The translations under genes were made by a program, and so were the position numbers. Shown one piece after another: positions 14,801 to 26,796 of a stretch of DNA of 64,000 nucleotides. Under the pieces are notes generated by a model. The model ran no database searches. It was given only the letters and a program-made list of their open reading frames with translations, and was not told where the DNA came from. Numbering within the stretch: the stretch's first letter is position 1; every line of letters begins with the position of its first letter. The stretch is from a virus: IMG/VR virus record IMGVR_UViG_3300045988_025287, positions 1 through 64,000 of that record. The stretch is one strand, 5' to 3'.

Positions 14801-15103
14801 GTCCTTACCGTCTTTACCATCTTTACCGTCCTTACCTGCATCTCCTGTTCTACCTGCTGGTATACCAAATGAGAATAAGAACTTATCTTTATCTAAAGAT
14901 ACAGATGCTGTAGGAGTACTTGATTCGTATACATCCTTAATTGCAGCCTTAAACTTAGAATTACCTATAACTATATCAGCTACTGATTCAAGTGGTAATT
15001 TATAGTTATTGTCTTTCTCTGCAGTAACAATGTATTCACCACCTGTAGCTTCAAGCTTCTCTTCTAAGTCTAATATCTTTACACCATCGCATTTTTGTGT
15101 CAT
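11864..15103 (-). CDS. Collagen-like repeat fibre protein, 1079 aa, about 16 TAG
   Basis: Five track ORFs (14435.., 13844.., 13349.., 12773.., 12458..) have coordinates equal mod 3. My translation reaches TAA at 11864. Contains a G-X-Y run GDAGKDGKDGKDGKDGKDGIDGVPGIDG and repeated W-S/T-x-W-S-x-P...G-x-DG modules. Confidence 0.75.
14792..14836 (-). repeat. Five tandem 9-bp units encoding (GKD)5
   Basis: atccttacc gtccttacc gtctttacc atctttacc gtccttacc on the plus strand. Confidence 0.9.
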
Positions 15104-15114
15104 ATCTCTTTATT

Positions 15115-15813
15115 TTATAATTTACAATAACCGTTACTGCAATTTCCTGTACTGCAAGTATTATTAGAACAAGAGTAACAAATACCACTAAATAAAGTAG
15201 CAGAGTTACGCTCTTTCTCTAAGTGAAGACATTTATCGTTTTCTGTATTGAAACAATCACCTTTCTGAGTAAGAATAGCATTGTTACAGCAAGTACTAGC
15301 TGCACATTTTGGTTTAATAGATATCTCCAGTAATCTACAGATATCTACATATAATTGTAAAGCATCGCGATAGTAATCGGATGCTAAAGCATACTCAAGC
15401 AGCTATCTCTTAAAGACTACTAACATTATATTCTGCATAGTCTAATCATCTAAACAAGTTGAACAGTGAGTATGTAATTTCCTAATTTCTGCCATATACA
15501 CGATTGAAGGATTGTAGTATATACCATGAAAATGTATTTCTTCCTATTCCGTAAAACATCTCAAAGTAACGTATTTCATATTCCAATCTAATTCTAGAAT
15601 ATCGTCATTAGTTACAGTTACATTATTTTCGGAATCTACTGTAATATTCTCAGAAAAGCTAATGTTATGTATAGGACTGTCTTCAAGTATGTTCTTTAAA
15701 TTCCATACTTCATCTATATAAACTTCCTTACTATAGTTACTAAGATCTACTTCAGTCTCTATCTTAAAGGTCAGTTTATCACCATCTATTTGTATATTTG
15801 TTAATTTGTCCAT
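15115..15813 (-). CDS. Hypothetical protein with Cys-rich C-terminal tail, 232 aa, 3 TAG
   Basis: Track ORF 15544..15813 extends in frame through TAG to TAA at 15115. C-end is KCAASTCCNN...ICYSCSNNTCSTGNCSNGYCKL. Confidence 0.55.
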
Positions 15814-15913
15814 ATATCAACAATAAAAAAAGTGGAGAGTGGAATATTCCACAACTCCACTTCTGTAGTTTGTAAAAGGAATCTTATCCCAAATTCAATC
15901 TCTCTAACGTGGA

Positions 15914-16888
15914 TTAGGCAATTGTCTTACCAGCAATAAATGACTGAATACCTTTATCTACAATAGAATCAACTAAACTAGGACAATAAACTTCCGTAGT
16001 CAACGGAGTAGTCTTGATGTACTGATTATCATTGCTCAAGTACAGGTTATCGTTTTCAATGATAGCATAATCATATTCTGCATCTTCTACTACTTTACGA
16101 GCCTGTTCAACAATAGGATATGCACCAGTAAATACGTGACCTTTATAACCCATGTTACGTACTTCTGCATCACGTACTTGCTTCCAATAACCCTTGCCCG
16201 GATTACCAGCAGTCTTAACAATCGTAGCACCTACAACTGCCTTAGGCTGATTAGCAAGCAATGCACCAGGAATAGTCTCATACAGAGATGCTTCCATAGA
16301 TACAACGCTGTATTCATTTAAAGAATAAACGCCTTCATTATCATCCTTCGGCATAGCAGTCAAAGTCAGAACTGCAGCAGAAGCAGAAGCCTGTACTCTA
16401 CGGTTCTTGTGTGCGTTAATCTTCTTCAAGAAAGCGTCTACTAAGTCTTTAGCAGTAGTAGTTTCAGCATATACTTCATAAGTATGAGTAAACTGCCAAG
16501 CAGCTTCATACATATCCTTATAAACGATACGCAAAACGTAACGATTACCAGCAATAATAGTAGCGTTAGTTAAAGTGATTACAATCTTTTCTTCAACAGG
16601 AGCTACATATTCGCCAATTACTGCAGACGGTTTAGAAGCTTTCTGAATTTCAGTAGAGAAATCAATATTAGCTTTCTGTGCTACTGTACCATCAGGCATA
16701 GTAACGTTCATCTTTTCACCTGCTACACCTACATACAGAGAGTTAGCATTTACTGCATCAGCAGCAGTCTTAATAAGAGCCTTATTCTCATCGAACAAAG
16801 CAACATCACCAACAGCCAAAGCATCTACTGTAGTGTAAGAAGCTGGAGCTTGTTTTCCAATCAGAACTGAGTGTACTGAAGTTATCAT
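15914..16888 (-). CDS. Abundant virion structural protein candidate, 324 aa
   Basis: Intact track ORF with no TAG, visibly GC-richer codon usage than its neighbours, inside the head/neck gene run. No motif recognised. Confidence 0.55.
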   Translation of the reverse strand: MITSVHSVLIGKQAPASYTTVDALAVGDVALFDENKALIKTAADAVNANSLYVGVAGEKMNVTMPDGTVAQKANIDFSTEIQKASKPSAVIGEYVAPVEEKIVITLTNATIIAGNRYVLRIVYKDMYEAAWQFTHTYEVYAETTTAKDLVDAFLKKINAHKNRRVQASASAAVLTLTAMPKDDNEGVYSLNEYSVVSMEASLYETIPGALLANQPKAVVGATIVKTAGNPGKGYWKQVRDAEVRNMGYKGHVFTGAYPIVEQARKVVEDAEYDYAIIENDNLYLSNDNQYIKTTPLTTEVYCPSLVDSIVDKGIQSFIAGKTIA

Positions 16889-16985
16889 ATTAAATGTTTG
16901 TTTTTAAATTAGACATTAGCGCTTAGTCTATTCGCTTACTTTCTACTTTCATTATTTCAGATTTCCACGTTGGTAAGCGCCTTAA

Positions 16986-17654
16986 TTATTCGTCCTAAGA
17001 TTTCTTAGAACTTGTATTAGGTATAGTTTGTACTATCATTTGAACTGCTAGATCAACTATATCCTAATGTGTATTTTCTGGAAGATCTGTATATTCTTTA
17101 GTAAGATCGCTTACGTTACCCAGATCTTTTGCTTTTCTTAAGTAGGTAAGTTCATAAGAACTTATATCATATTTACCATCAGTATATAATACAATTTTAT
17201 TGTCAGTATATACTCTAATAGGCTTTGCTTGATTATAACGCAATCTGTGATCTGATAGACTATTACTTAGTCTAGAGCTTACTGTCTCTATTGTAGCCTC
17301 TATTACATCAGATTCACGAGTAATTAAGTTATTGCATTTATTATCCTTTATACTTATGTATACATTTTCACCAAGTGCAAACATATAATCTTCAGGATAA
17401 TTGGCTTCCCATTTATTACCTAATTTACTAAAGCTATAAGTAGTATAGCTCTTAGTATTCACTAAAGTACGTATGTTATCAGTAATCTCTTGGTTTCTCT
17501 AGAATACTCTAAAGTTCTATTTAACATATTCGTCTTTAGCTTTATTTATAAAATGAAACAAAGTATCTGAAGGAAACTTGATAGTTTCATTATAATTAGG
17601 TATGATATTGTTAAGCTACCTCTCTATATTTATTTGAAAATCTCTCTCACACAT
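16986..17654 (-). CDS. Hypothetical virion-module protein, 222 aa, 5 TAG
   Basis: ATG at 17654. Track ORF 17064..17462 is in frame. Reads through TAG at 17064 to TAA at 16986. Confidence 0.55.
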
Positions 17655-17656
17655 AA

Positions 17657-18367
17657 TTATTCAGATACTTGGTTTAACTAAAACTTAGAAGATTGTCTTT
17701 GAGATTCTATATTCTCTAAAGCAATTACTACTGCTCTATTAATAATCTCATACATAACATCTTCAGGGAAGTCTAATTCTTGTTCAGGTTTAGTATAATC
17801 AAACTTAGTTGGTTTCTTAACATAAGTAAGATCTACTCTATAGAACTCTGTATTATCTTCTACTCTTGGAGCATACATAGGATCCTGCATTAAAACAGGA
17901 TCTACGTATACTAATAATTTATCATTTTCTAAAGTAGCTACTGGATTCTCTACCCAAGGTATATTGTTGTAAGTCTACTTAAAAGGCTTTACTAACTCAT
18001 GACTAGTAAGTACACAGTTAGTCTAGAATTGTCCATACTTAAGTAATACACTAAGTATAGTCATTCTATTATCTTCATCATGAACGTCTTCTAATGCATA
18101 CTCATTATAGTCTGTATGTACAGCATGAAGGTTAACATCTGTAGCTATTAACTTCTCTATTTCAGATAAGTTAGATACAGAACCTTCCAAACCTACTCTT
18201 AATGCATTGTTACCAGTAATCTTATTACTTAAGATTTCTAGTTGTGCTTGATTAAGAAATAAGTCTACTTCTTCATCTAAAAATGCTGGGCATCCACCAT
18301 AAGCAATACCTTCAGCATTCTTATCCAGAACTACCTTGAAAATTATATGAGAATCTTTATTAGTCAT
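17657..18367 (-). CDS. Hypothetical virion-module protein (possible head-tail joining), 236 aa, 3 TAG
   Basis: Track ORFs 18023..18367 and 17678..17890 are in one frame. The codons between contain only TAG. TAA at 17657. Confidence 0.55.
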
Positions 18368-19119
18368 TACTTAGATTTAATTTCATTAAGTATTGCTAAT
18401 TTAATGTCTTGATTCTTCTTATCCTTAAGATAAGCAATTACATCTTCAAGACCATTACCAATTAAATCAGTACCAAAGTAATATTGAGCACGATTCTTTC
18501 TAATAATGTTTTTAGCAATAGCTTCTTCAATTACGAAGTTAATTTCTTTATTAGGGTTATTTACCCATTTCATCAAGAACTTAGAAGGATCAGCTTCAAT
18601 AAATTCTGACAATTTAGCTTCAGCAACTTCATTAGACATAGAATCTGATTTCATACCATAGAGACGTAAACACTTACGCATTTCTTCAGTAGACATCTTA
18701 TCCATTTCTCTATATGCTTCACGCTTAACCTTATTGAACTTATTCTGTTCTTCTGCTTCACTATCCTTATTAATCATAACATAATCTGTGCTAGGCTTAA
18801 TATCATTAAGACCATTAGCAACTCTTTTATGCTTCTTAAGGAATAAATATTTTAATTCATCCTCAGGTCTATTAGTATCTAGTATTAAATCCTTTTTGCC
18901 AATTTTAATAGCAAAAGTATCCCAAAATGTACTATTTGGAGATAACTATCCCTCAGGATAACCAATTTCTTTTTCTAATCTAGCTGCATCTTCTGCAGAT
19001 AAACCAGTATATAAATTACCAGATCTAGTCCAGTAAGAGCTTACATAATCAAAACATGTAGGCCATTTAGTAATCCCAGTCCAGGGATTAGTTTTAATTA
19101 TTCTAACGATTACTTCCAT
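18367..19119 (-). CDS. Hypothetical virion-module protein, 250 aa, 1 TAG
   Basis: ATG at 19119. Codon walk to track ORF 18367..18777 finds a single TAG. TAA stop overlaps the next ATG (TAATG). Confidence 0.55.
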
Positions 19120-19124
19120 AATTA

Positions 19125-19751
19125 TTAATTAGATTGTTCAGTTAGTTGTTCTTTATATTTCCAGATATATTTAAGGTTTGAAAATGATCTAGGAGTTAGC
19201 TTACCATATTCTCCTTTTAATTGCCGTTGTATAGCTCTTCTATCACATCCTGTAGATCTACTAGCTTCTATAATAGAAGGAAATTCAGCAATTATTTCTC
19301 CAGTATATTTATCAATTTGGTATACTGATTTTGCTGATTTCATTCCGTTTTCTCTAGCTACTTCTAACATTTTACCAGTTAGCTTATCTCCTGCCTTAAA
19401 CATATGCTTTTCGGCAGCTTTTCTACATGCTTCTGATATTTCATGTCCACCTTTGTCCTTATTATAGCCCTTTTCTGGATTAGTAGAATCATAGTAAGAA
19501 ATCCACTCTTTTTCCTTTTTATCTATTTCTTTAGGATTTCCTTCTATAGTTTCTATTAACTCTGGTATGAAATTTTGAATTCCATACTTTCTCATTGCTA
19601 TATAGAGCGAGCAAGATAAATCATTAAGACGTTTTGATGTAAACGCATGAGATATATGATCTGAATATCTTCTCATTATATCTCTTTTAGTTTGACCTAT
19701 ATAAACCTTGTTGTTTATTATATCTGTAATTTTATAAATATTTCCAATCAT
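19125..19751 (-). CDS. GIY-YIG homing endonuclease, free-standing, 208 aa
   Basis: IYKITDIINNKVYIGQTKRDIMRRYSDH and YNKDKGG motifs. Wedged between the capsid gene and the next virion gene. Confidence 0.8.
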   Translation of the reverse strand: MIGNIYKITDIINNKVYIGQTKRDIMRRYSDHISHAFTSKRLNDLSCSLYIAMRKYGIQNFIPELIETIEGNPKEIDKKEKEWISYYDSTNPEKGYNKDKGGHEISEACRKAAEKHMFKAGDKLTGKMLEVARENGMKSAKSVYQIDKYTGEIIAEFPSIIEASRSTGCDRRAIQRQLKGEYGKLTPRSFSNLKYIWKYKEQLTEQSN

Positions 19752-19823
19752 AGTAGTATGTTTTTATTATTTAACATACTACTATAACGGAATATTTTAA
19801 TTAAGGTTCCTCAATCGCGGCGA

Positions 19824-20949
19824 TTATTCTGCCTCCATGATTAATTCTCCGCAGGCTCTGGGGTCTCTAAGCATAATACCCATTTCACCAAGGAAGAATA
19901 CAGTATAACCGTCCTTACCATTAGATCTCAGAGTATTAATAGACTTACCATAGCCAGAAGGAAGAACTGCACCACCAGTAGTCCAAGTTACGAATTCACG
20001 ATCCTTACGAACTACCTTAACGATGTTAGCTTCACCATCACGTCTACCCAGATCCAGGAACGTCATACGATATGATTCCAGCGGTTTCAGAGTAACCGGA
20101 TGCAACTTACGATTGTAAGTAATATCGTCGTACAGCGGGAAATACTTCAGAGTCAACTCGATACCATTAGTCATCTTATAAGTCTTGAACTGACCACCGA
20201 AAGTAAGACTATCACCAGAACCAGTTACAAATACAGTATCAATCAGGTTCATGTTAACTACCTTTTCTTTCAGGATTCTATCGAATTCACGAATACCCAT
20301 TTCACCAGTCAATGCAACAAACTTACGTTCGTTAGTACCAAGTACATTGTAAGACAGGTCAAACAGGAAGTCTTCCAACAGTTCTGCAGTAAGATGAGTA
20401 TAGTAACGTCTATTAGACGGAGCAATCTGTTCCAACAGACCAGCACCAATAAATACCGGACGACCGTTAGTACCCTTCAGATTACAAGAACCATCTTTAT
20501 TTACGTTAGACTTCATGTAAACCAACATACGTTCACATCTCTTATACCATTCACGCAGAGCTACCCATTCCTGATAATCAGCCCACAAATAAGACTTCTT
20601 ACCAGTCTTAGGATCTTGCAAAGCAATAGCCATTACTGTAGAATAAGCTGAACCAGTAATATCATAGTTGATACGAATTGTAGTAAGATAATTACGCATC
20701 TTGAAGTGAGTATTATAGTTCAGGATATCACCCTCTTCACTGTATTCTTCAACAGCAGAAGCCAGACGAGATACTTGGCAACCCGGTTTCAAGAGTTCTG
20801 CAGGAATATAAGAAGTAGGCTGACCATCAGCTACAAAACAAGTATATACCCACAAGTTACCATCTTGATACGGAGCACCTGCTACACGTACTTGGAATTC
20901 CTTATCGTCAAATTCCAATACAGCAGTAGGACCAAACCAGTTATCTTCA
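19824..20949 (-). CDS. Major capsid protein, exon 2
   Basis: Frame is open from CEDNWFGPTAVLEFDDK. TAG-free and GC-richer. Exon 1 (344 nt) plus exon 2 (1126 nt) gives 1470 nt, or 489 aa, after the proposed splice ...TPIMLW-L-EDNWFGP. Confidence 0.65.
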
Positions 20950-21796
20950 CATTATATTCAACGTAATTCGTTAAATTACATTCGCTTAAAACGGTTTGTT
21001 ATTTTAAGCTGCTTACACTTTCATGTAAGATTAGACTATATCTTCATCCTTAATGGATGTTCCGCATTTCGCTTCACTTGAAGCTACGAGATCACTCTCT
21101 AGTCGTTGAACCTTCAAATCCTGAATGTCTACTCTTAAGTTCTTAAATATACCAGATTTAATGTATTTTCCAGTATTTGCATTTGCTCTTAATGCTTTTA
21201 AACTATCTTGAGATACTCCAAAATGTCTAGCAACATTCTTCATACCGATAATAGTAAACGATTCTCCATTAAAAACATTTGTAAATATAAAAGCTTTTCT
21301 AAGAGGTTTATCTCCTTTAAATCTATTTTGAATTTTAGAGTATAACATATTATCATCGTGTGAAACCCATTCAAGATTCTCTAAACAGTTATTCGTTCTG
21401 TTAAAATCTTTATGATTTACTTCTGATAAATTATCCGGATTATCTAAATACGTCATAGCTACTAATTTGTGAACTCTGAAGTAATAAGACTTTCCGTTTC
21501 CTCTTAAAGCTACTTTCAAATAACCATCTTTAGTTTTAGATGGATTAAAGAACTTATTAGTTTTAGTTGAATATACATCACCTTGTTTTGATATTAAATA
21601 ATCTTCAAAACCAGGTATTGGTTTCATATCAGTAATTTGCTTGGCTGCTGATTGTCCATTTTTATTATTATTCATAATTCTATATATTTATATTTTACTC
21701 TATGGTTTAAATATCTTTAGGAGTTTCCAGCAATTAACGGAATTATTCGATTGAAGTTTCCTTCAAAAGGACCTGTTTTAGTTTATAACTAAGTTA
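20950..21796 (-). mobile_element. Putative group I intron (about 847 nt) splitting the capsid gene and carrying an HNH ORF
   Basis: Capsid reading frame is broken by TAA at 21778 and resumes at 20949. The proposed 5' exon ends in T (21797) and the intron ends in G (20950), as group I introns require. Boundaries are inferred, not folded. Confidence 0.55.
21031..21675 (-). CDS. HNH homing endonuclease (intron-encoded), 214 aa
   Basis: IPGFEDYLISKQGDVYS (NUMOD4-like) and VNHKDFNRTNNCLENLEWVSHDDN (HNH). Confidence 0.8.
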   Translation of the reverse strand: MNNNKNGQSAAKQITDMKPIPGFEDYLISKQGDVYSTKTNKFFNPSKTKDGYLKVALRGNGKSYYFRVHKLVAMTYLDNPDNLSEVNHKDFNRTNNCLENLEWVSHDDNMLYSKIQNRFKGDKPLRKAFIFTNVFNGESFTIIGMKNVARHFGVSQDSLKALRANANTGKYIKSGIFKNLRVDIQDLKVQRLESDLVASSEAKCGTSIKDEDIV

Positions 21797-22140
21797 AGCC
21801 ATAACATAATCGGTGTATTGCCAAGACCTGCAGTTGAATTATCTGTAATAGCTTCGCCATTCCATTTTGCATCTCTAATTGTAACTGCTCTATCGGCATC
21901 AATCATTACATTCCACTCCCAGCTCGGTTGGTCAATAGTCATTACATTACCAAGACCACCAGTAAGCATATCCAAAGAAGTGTTGTAACCATTATCCTTA
22001 GTTCCGAATACATAAGACAACACGGTAGCAACCTGATATGGATTCTATTGAGAAGCCGCAGAAATCTTAGCGGTATCAATCAAATCACTGAACCATTTAC
22101 CTTTGTATAAAACTAAGTTATTTAGAATATTATTATCCAT
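21797..22140 (-). CDS. Major capsid protein, exon 1 (1 in-frame TAG)
   Basis: ATG at 22140: MDNNILNNLVLYKGKWFSDLIDTAKISAASQ-TAG-NPYQVATVLSYVFGTKDNGYNTSLDMLTGG... joins track ORF 21778..22023 in frame. Confidence 0.65.
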
Positions 22141-22175
22141 AAAATACTAGTAATTTTAATTTTTATTAGTTAATA

Positions 22176-23336
22176 TTAATCTGCACGTAATCTTCGCGCA
22201 AAAGAATTCCACATAGACTCGGTGCTAGTGTTATCCTGTTTCTTAGTCTTTCTACTTACTCCTGTTCTATTAAGACTATTCTTAAACTTGTTAATAGCTG
22301 CATTTTGACCTTTTACTTCGGCGGCTTTTACAAGTGTATCTCCTTTCATAGTAAAGTAGGCAGACTCAATTAAATTTTTTACGCTCTTAGACCAATCCTT
22401 TTGGAATTTAGTCATACCATCAGAGGTAGGCTTGAATATATATTCCAACAGTATCTGTTTATCCTTTTCAGGAATTTTAACACCGCGGATATTATCCATG
22501 CCCTTTATTTCGTTGACAACGGTATCAAAGTACTCCTGTTGGCGTTGAGCTGCAAGCTTAGCAGCATTTTCTTGATCTTTCAATAGCTGTTGTTTCTTAC
22601 TCTCTCTTATATCCTTAAGAGCTTCAGCAGCATCTTGAGACTCATCTTCAAGAATACCGGCTTCCTCATATTTAGTAAGTTTCTTTTCAATCTATTTAGC
22701 ATTAAAACCCTTTTCTTTAAGGAATTCTTTCAATACTAACTTCTGATTACTTTCATCTTCGAGATCGATATCATCAAGATCAATTTCATTGTCAATTGAG
22801 AAATAATCTCTCAAATTACCACCATTCTTAACAAACTTATCAAGTTGCTCAACTTCTTCACTAGCGTATTGTGGTACTGAGTTTTCTTCAATTACATCGT
22901 TAAAGTAATCAATAAGATCTTCAACGGTCTTGGGTTTATCATCATCCTCAATGTCATCCCAACCTAACTTTTCAGACAAAGAATCAAAGAAACCTGTTAC
23001 TATGGTAGTTTCATCAGTAGACTCTTCTGGTTCTTCTTCCTCAACTTCAGGTTCTTCTGTTTCTTCTTTTGTAGTAGTCTTAGGTTTAGCCTTAGGTTTA
23101 GATTTTACTTCTTCATCTTCTTCCTTAGGTTCTTCCTCTTCCTCAGGTTCAGTTTTAGTATTCTTACGAATATTATTTAATTCTTCTTCACTGAGTTCTT
23201 CTCCTACTCCTTCAAGATCAATTTTTGTTTCTTCCTCTTCCTCATTAGTAGGAGAAACAATAGGTTTATTCTTTACACTTGCTCCTGGCATGAGTTCTTC
23301 AAACACCTCAAAACCGTTCAATGTTATATTATCCAT
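22176..23336 (-). CDS. Scaffold-like acidic protein, 386 aa, 1 TAG
   Basis: Track ORFs 22692..23336 and 22176..22583 are in frame and joined by one TAG. Long E/K-rich low-complexity region. Lies immediately upstream of the capsid gene. Confidence 0.55.
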
Positions 23337-23357
23337 AATTATATATAATTAGATTTA

Positions 23358-23591
23358 TTATTTTTTCTTTCTTCCTTTATGTTTCCATTTTTTCGCATTC
23401 TGAGCAAAGATAGCCCTCTTACGTGTCAATGGATTTTTACTATGAGTAAGTTCTTCTGTAGTTTTACCAGTTCTTTTCTTTAAAGCATTGAACTTACCTC
23501 TATTCTTTTTCTTTATATGAATACCACCATACTTATATGAAGGTATGGGATATTCCGGCATGATACCTGTATAATCTATCAGATCACTCAT
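23358..23591 (-). CDS. Small highly basic protein, 77 aa
   Basis: MSDLIDYTG...KKWKHKGRKKK. ATG overlaps the TGA of the upstream gene. Confidence 0.5.
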   Translation of the reverse strand: MSDLIDYTGIMPEYPIPSYKYGGIHIKKKNRGKFNALKKRTGKTTEELTHSKNPLTRKRAIFAQNAKKWKHKGRKKK

Positions 23592-25539
23592 TTTTATTAT
23601 TATTAAAGTAAGCATTAGCTCCTAATGCAGTAGTACCAAGCAACGGAATAGCGTTAAACCATTTAGTATATGCATTAATATTCTTATGCTGTTTAAACAT
23701 CTTCTTTATAGGATCACTATCAGACATTTTATCTAGATACTTCTTAAGTAGAGTAGACGATACTGGTTCATCTAAATTCTATATATCTCCATTCTATTTG
23801 AGCATAGTTCTTAGCTAATTCATATAAGCTTTCTATTCTGTACCTTTTCTGTAATAGTCAGTAGCGTCTGTCTATTTTAGTGAATTCTCTAACTACTTTA
23901 ACATATTATTATTGACAGATGTATCTATATTTCTACTAATTATATAATCAGTATAATGATTCATTTCGTGATTAGCTAATTGCATAGGATCTCTATACAT
24001 TCCTGTATTTACCCATAAATCAAACTCATTAGGTTCTGCTCCTACTCCAGTCTTATTAAATCGTTCTTCTGCAAATGGTTTAGCCTATAATCTTCCAGAA
24101 GCTACCATATCTTTGGGTTGAACTTCAGGTAAATCAAAGTACCTATGCTGATACAAATCATCAAGCAGATCATAAGTTTCACTATAATTAGTACCGAATA
24201 TTTTATCTGCCTATTCAGCTCTATTACGATAAGGTATTGTATTAATATCTTCTAGAACTCTATTTCTAGAATTAGCTATATCTGATAAATAATCTCTTTT
24301 CTTACTAATATTACCTAGAGCTTGATTTATTAAACTTTGTTCAGTTCTATTTACAGTAGGAATGTACCTAGCAGCAGCTTTTACATTTCTTAAACCACTA
24401 GGAACAAAAGGTAATACTGTAAGAGCGGCTAGTCCAGCACCTAACCAATCTCTATTCTTTACTGCATCATAAGTATCTTTAACCGATATAGCATCACCAA
24501 TAGGAGTCATATTAGCAGCATCTCCAAGACTGAACACAGGTTTTAAACCTTCTTCTAGAGGTCTACCACTACTACTTCTACCTGTAGCCTGATAGAATCT
24601 TTCCTTCTCAGGATCACCTGTCTGACCACCTTCTGCAAATCTATTTGCTTTCTAATCACGCAACCATCCAATTTTCGCCTTACGCCAAATATCAAATTCT
24701 TCTATAGGTACAGTAAAATTACCGGCAGAAGGATCTACTGGTTCAACTATGTTCTTATGCCCTTTATGATTTACTTTTTTCCAATTTATTCTCGGATTTC
24801 TTAAGTCTCCAACTAATACTCTAGGATATTTACTATCTTTTCCATAGAATGGCTTAGTTTTATTAAACATTACATGTGTGTCAAAATGTTTTGTTAGAAT
24901 GAATAAACGCTTTGAGCCACCTCCAGAATTTTTATTTGCATTCTATGCACTTCGCATAGCATTATGAGCCTTTGATTCTGGGCCAACTACTCCTGTATTA
25001 ATATAATCATCAACAGCATCTACATTTACCTAACGAAAAGCTTTATTTTGATTACCATATTCTGGAAACTTTGCGCTCCATCTTCCAAGTCTTATATTTG
25101 GTATTTTTACATAGTTTGCTGGATTTGTTGGATCTAAAACTATATTCGCTAAGTCTATGGCTTTACCTAACATATTAGTACTACTCATCGCTGGTAAAGT
25201 AGCTCCGGCTACAATTGCGCCAACATATGGAGCAGCATCTCTACGACCTTTATCTACAGCTTCTACAAGACTAATGTTACTCTAAGGAGTAATAGTTACT
25301 TCCGGTGTATGGACATTTACTATTTCTCCAAAACCTTCTGGCACAGCTTCGTACTCTTTAGTAACAGGTACATACATTGTAGGAGTTCCAGTATGATTAG
25401 AATAACTACCAACAAGATTATCACTCACACCACCATCTGCAAATGCTTCTACCTTCCAATCCCAATAGCCTTTACCGGGATTATTCTCCCGGTAAGACTT
25501 TAGGTTCTGCATTCTCTATTTAAATGCTTGTCTATCCAT
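23584..25539 (-). CDS. Large virion-module protein (possible internal/ejection protein), 651 aa, 13 TAG
   Basis: Track ORFs 25282.., 24652.., 24211.. are in one frame. Codon walk 24211->23584 meets only TAG. TGA at 23584. Confidence 0.6.
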
Positions 25540-25624
25540 AATCTTTCAATTATTTCTTTCCGCCTTTACTCTTCTTAGAGCTACCGGATTTCTTACCTCC
25601 ACATGCCATAATTAATTCCTCCTA

Positions 25625-26089
25625 TTATTTAATTGTTTTAAGATATTGTCTCCAATTTTTCTTATTGGCCTTATAAGTCTTCTTTCTATTCTTAATCTTA
25701 TATTTATCAAGATCTTCAGGCTTACGTGTTTTCAGATAATCAAAGTTATCGTCATTAGCATAAGCTTCCATCTCATAAGGAATAGTATAGTAAGCACTAG
25801 ATGCAGGGTATATAATTGGGTTACCTTTAATCCATTCCCATACATAAGACCAATAATAACTTATCCATCTCTTCTTATCTTTAGCTTCATAAAGATGAAT
25901 ATTTTCGTGATTCCAAGTAGTAGGCTTAATCTGAGATTCAGGTTTTCTACTTAACAAGTAACCACACCAGCTCATTGCAGAATAACCGCTAAATGGATAG
26001 TGATCCATATGTTTATATTCTACTTTATCTGCTTTTACTTTAGTGAATAGCTATTTAATTATCCACCATGTTTCTTTAAACCAATTCAT
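25625..26089 (-). CDS. Putative Zn-metallopeptidase (HExxH), 154 aa, 1 TAG
   Basis: NHENIHLYEA motif. ATG at 26089 joins track ORF 25625..26008 through one TAG. TAA stop. Confidence 0.45.
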
Positions 26090-26126
26090 AATTTATTTTA
26101 TTTTGTAAGGTTTTAATTAGTAATAT

Positions 26127-26789
26127 CTATTCTTCTATAGTTAAGGTATTAATAATTAGGTCTAATAAAATATCTTTATTATTCAAAATCTGTTCTTTTA
26201 AAGAAGAATCACCTATAACTTTTTTATCTACATAATGCCATATAAAACCTTTATAAGTATTCCTACCGGGTTCTTTCTTACAAACTCTTCTAATACCGGT
26301 TGTAGTTTTAGTTCCAAAATATTGAGAAGCTTGTGATATACTATCCCATATTTTTATTAGATTACCAGATAAATCATATTGCGCTACACGTATTCCAGAA
26401 ATCTTTCTTAATTTATCTTTTCTTGTTCCATGATTGGCATTATATTTTGCATCACACCATTCTAGATTTTGTACAGAATTATTTAAACGATTCTCATCTT
26501 TGTGATTTACTTGGGATAGATTATTAGGATTTGGTATAAAAGCTTCTGCTACTAACCTATGAACTTTTTTAGTTATTTTTTTATCGGATGCTTGTAGATA
26601 TACTATTCTATATCCTTCTTTATCTATGTATCCTTTAACTTCCTTTTCTTCATAGAACATTTTTGCTCCATTAGGATGCTGTGAAGTTGGACTAACTATA
26701 GTGTAATGTTCGTTTCTTTTAACATTTCCTAAATTGGAAACTGAATACTTATCATTCGTTCCTTTAATTGTTCGCCATTCTTCTTTCAT
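26127..26789 (-). CDS. HNH homing endonuclease, free-standing, 220 aa
   Basis: YSVSNLGNVKR (NUMOD4-like) and VNHKDENRLNNSVQNLEWCDAKYNANHG. Starts 8 nt after the portal stop. Confidence 0.8.
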   Translation of the reverse strand: MKEEWRTIKGTNDKYSVSNLGNVKRNEHYTIVSPTSQHPNGAKMFYEEKEVKGYIDKEGYRIVYLQASDKKITKKVHRLVAEAFIPNPNNLSQVNHKDENRLNNSVQNLEWCDAKYNANHGTRKDKLRKISGIRVAQYDLSGNLIKIWDSISQASQYFGTKTTTGIRRVCKKEPGRNTYKGFIWHYVDKKVIGDSSLKEQILNNKDILLDLIINTLTIEE

Positions 26790-26796
26790 AAAATTA

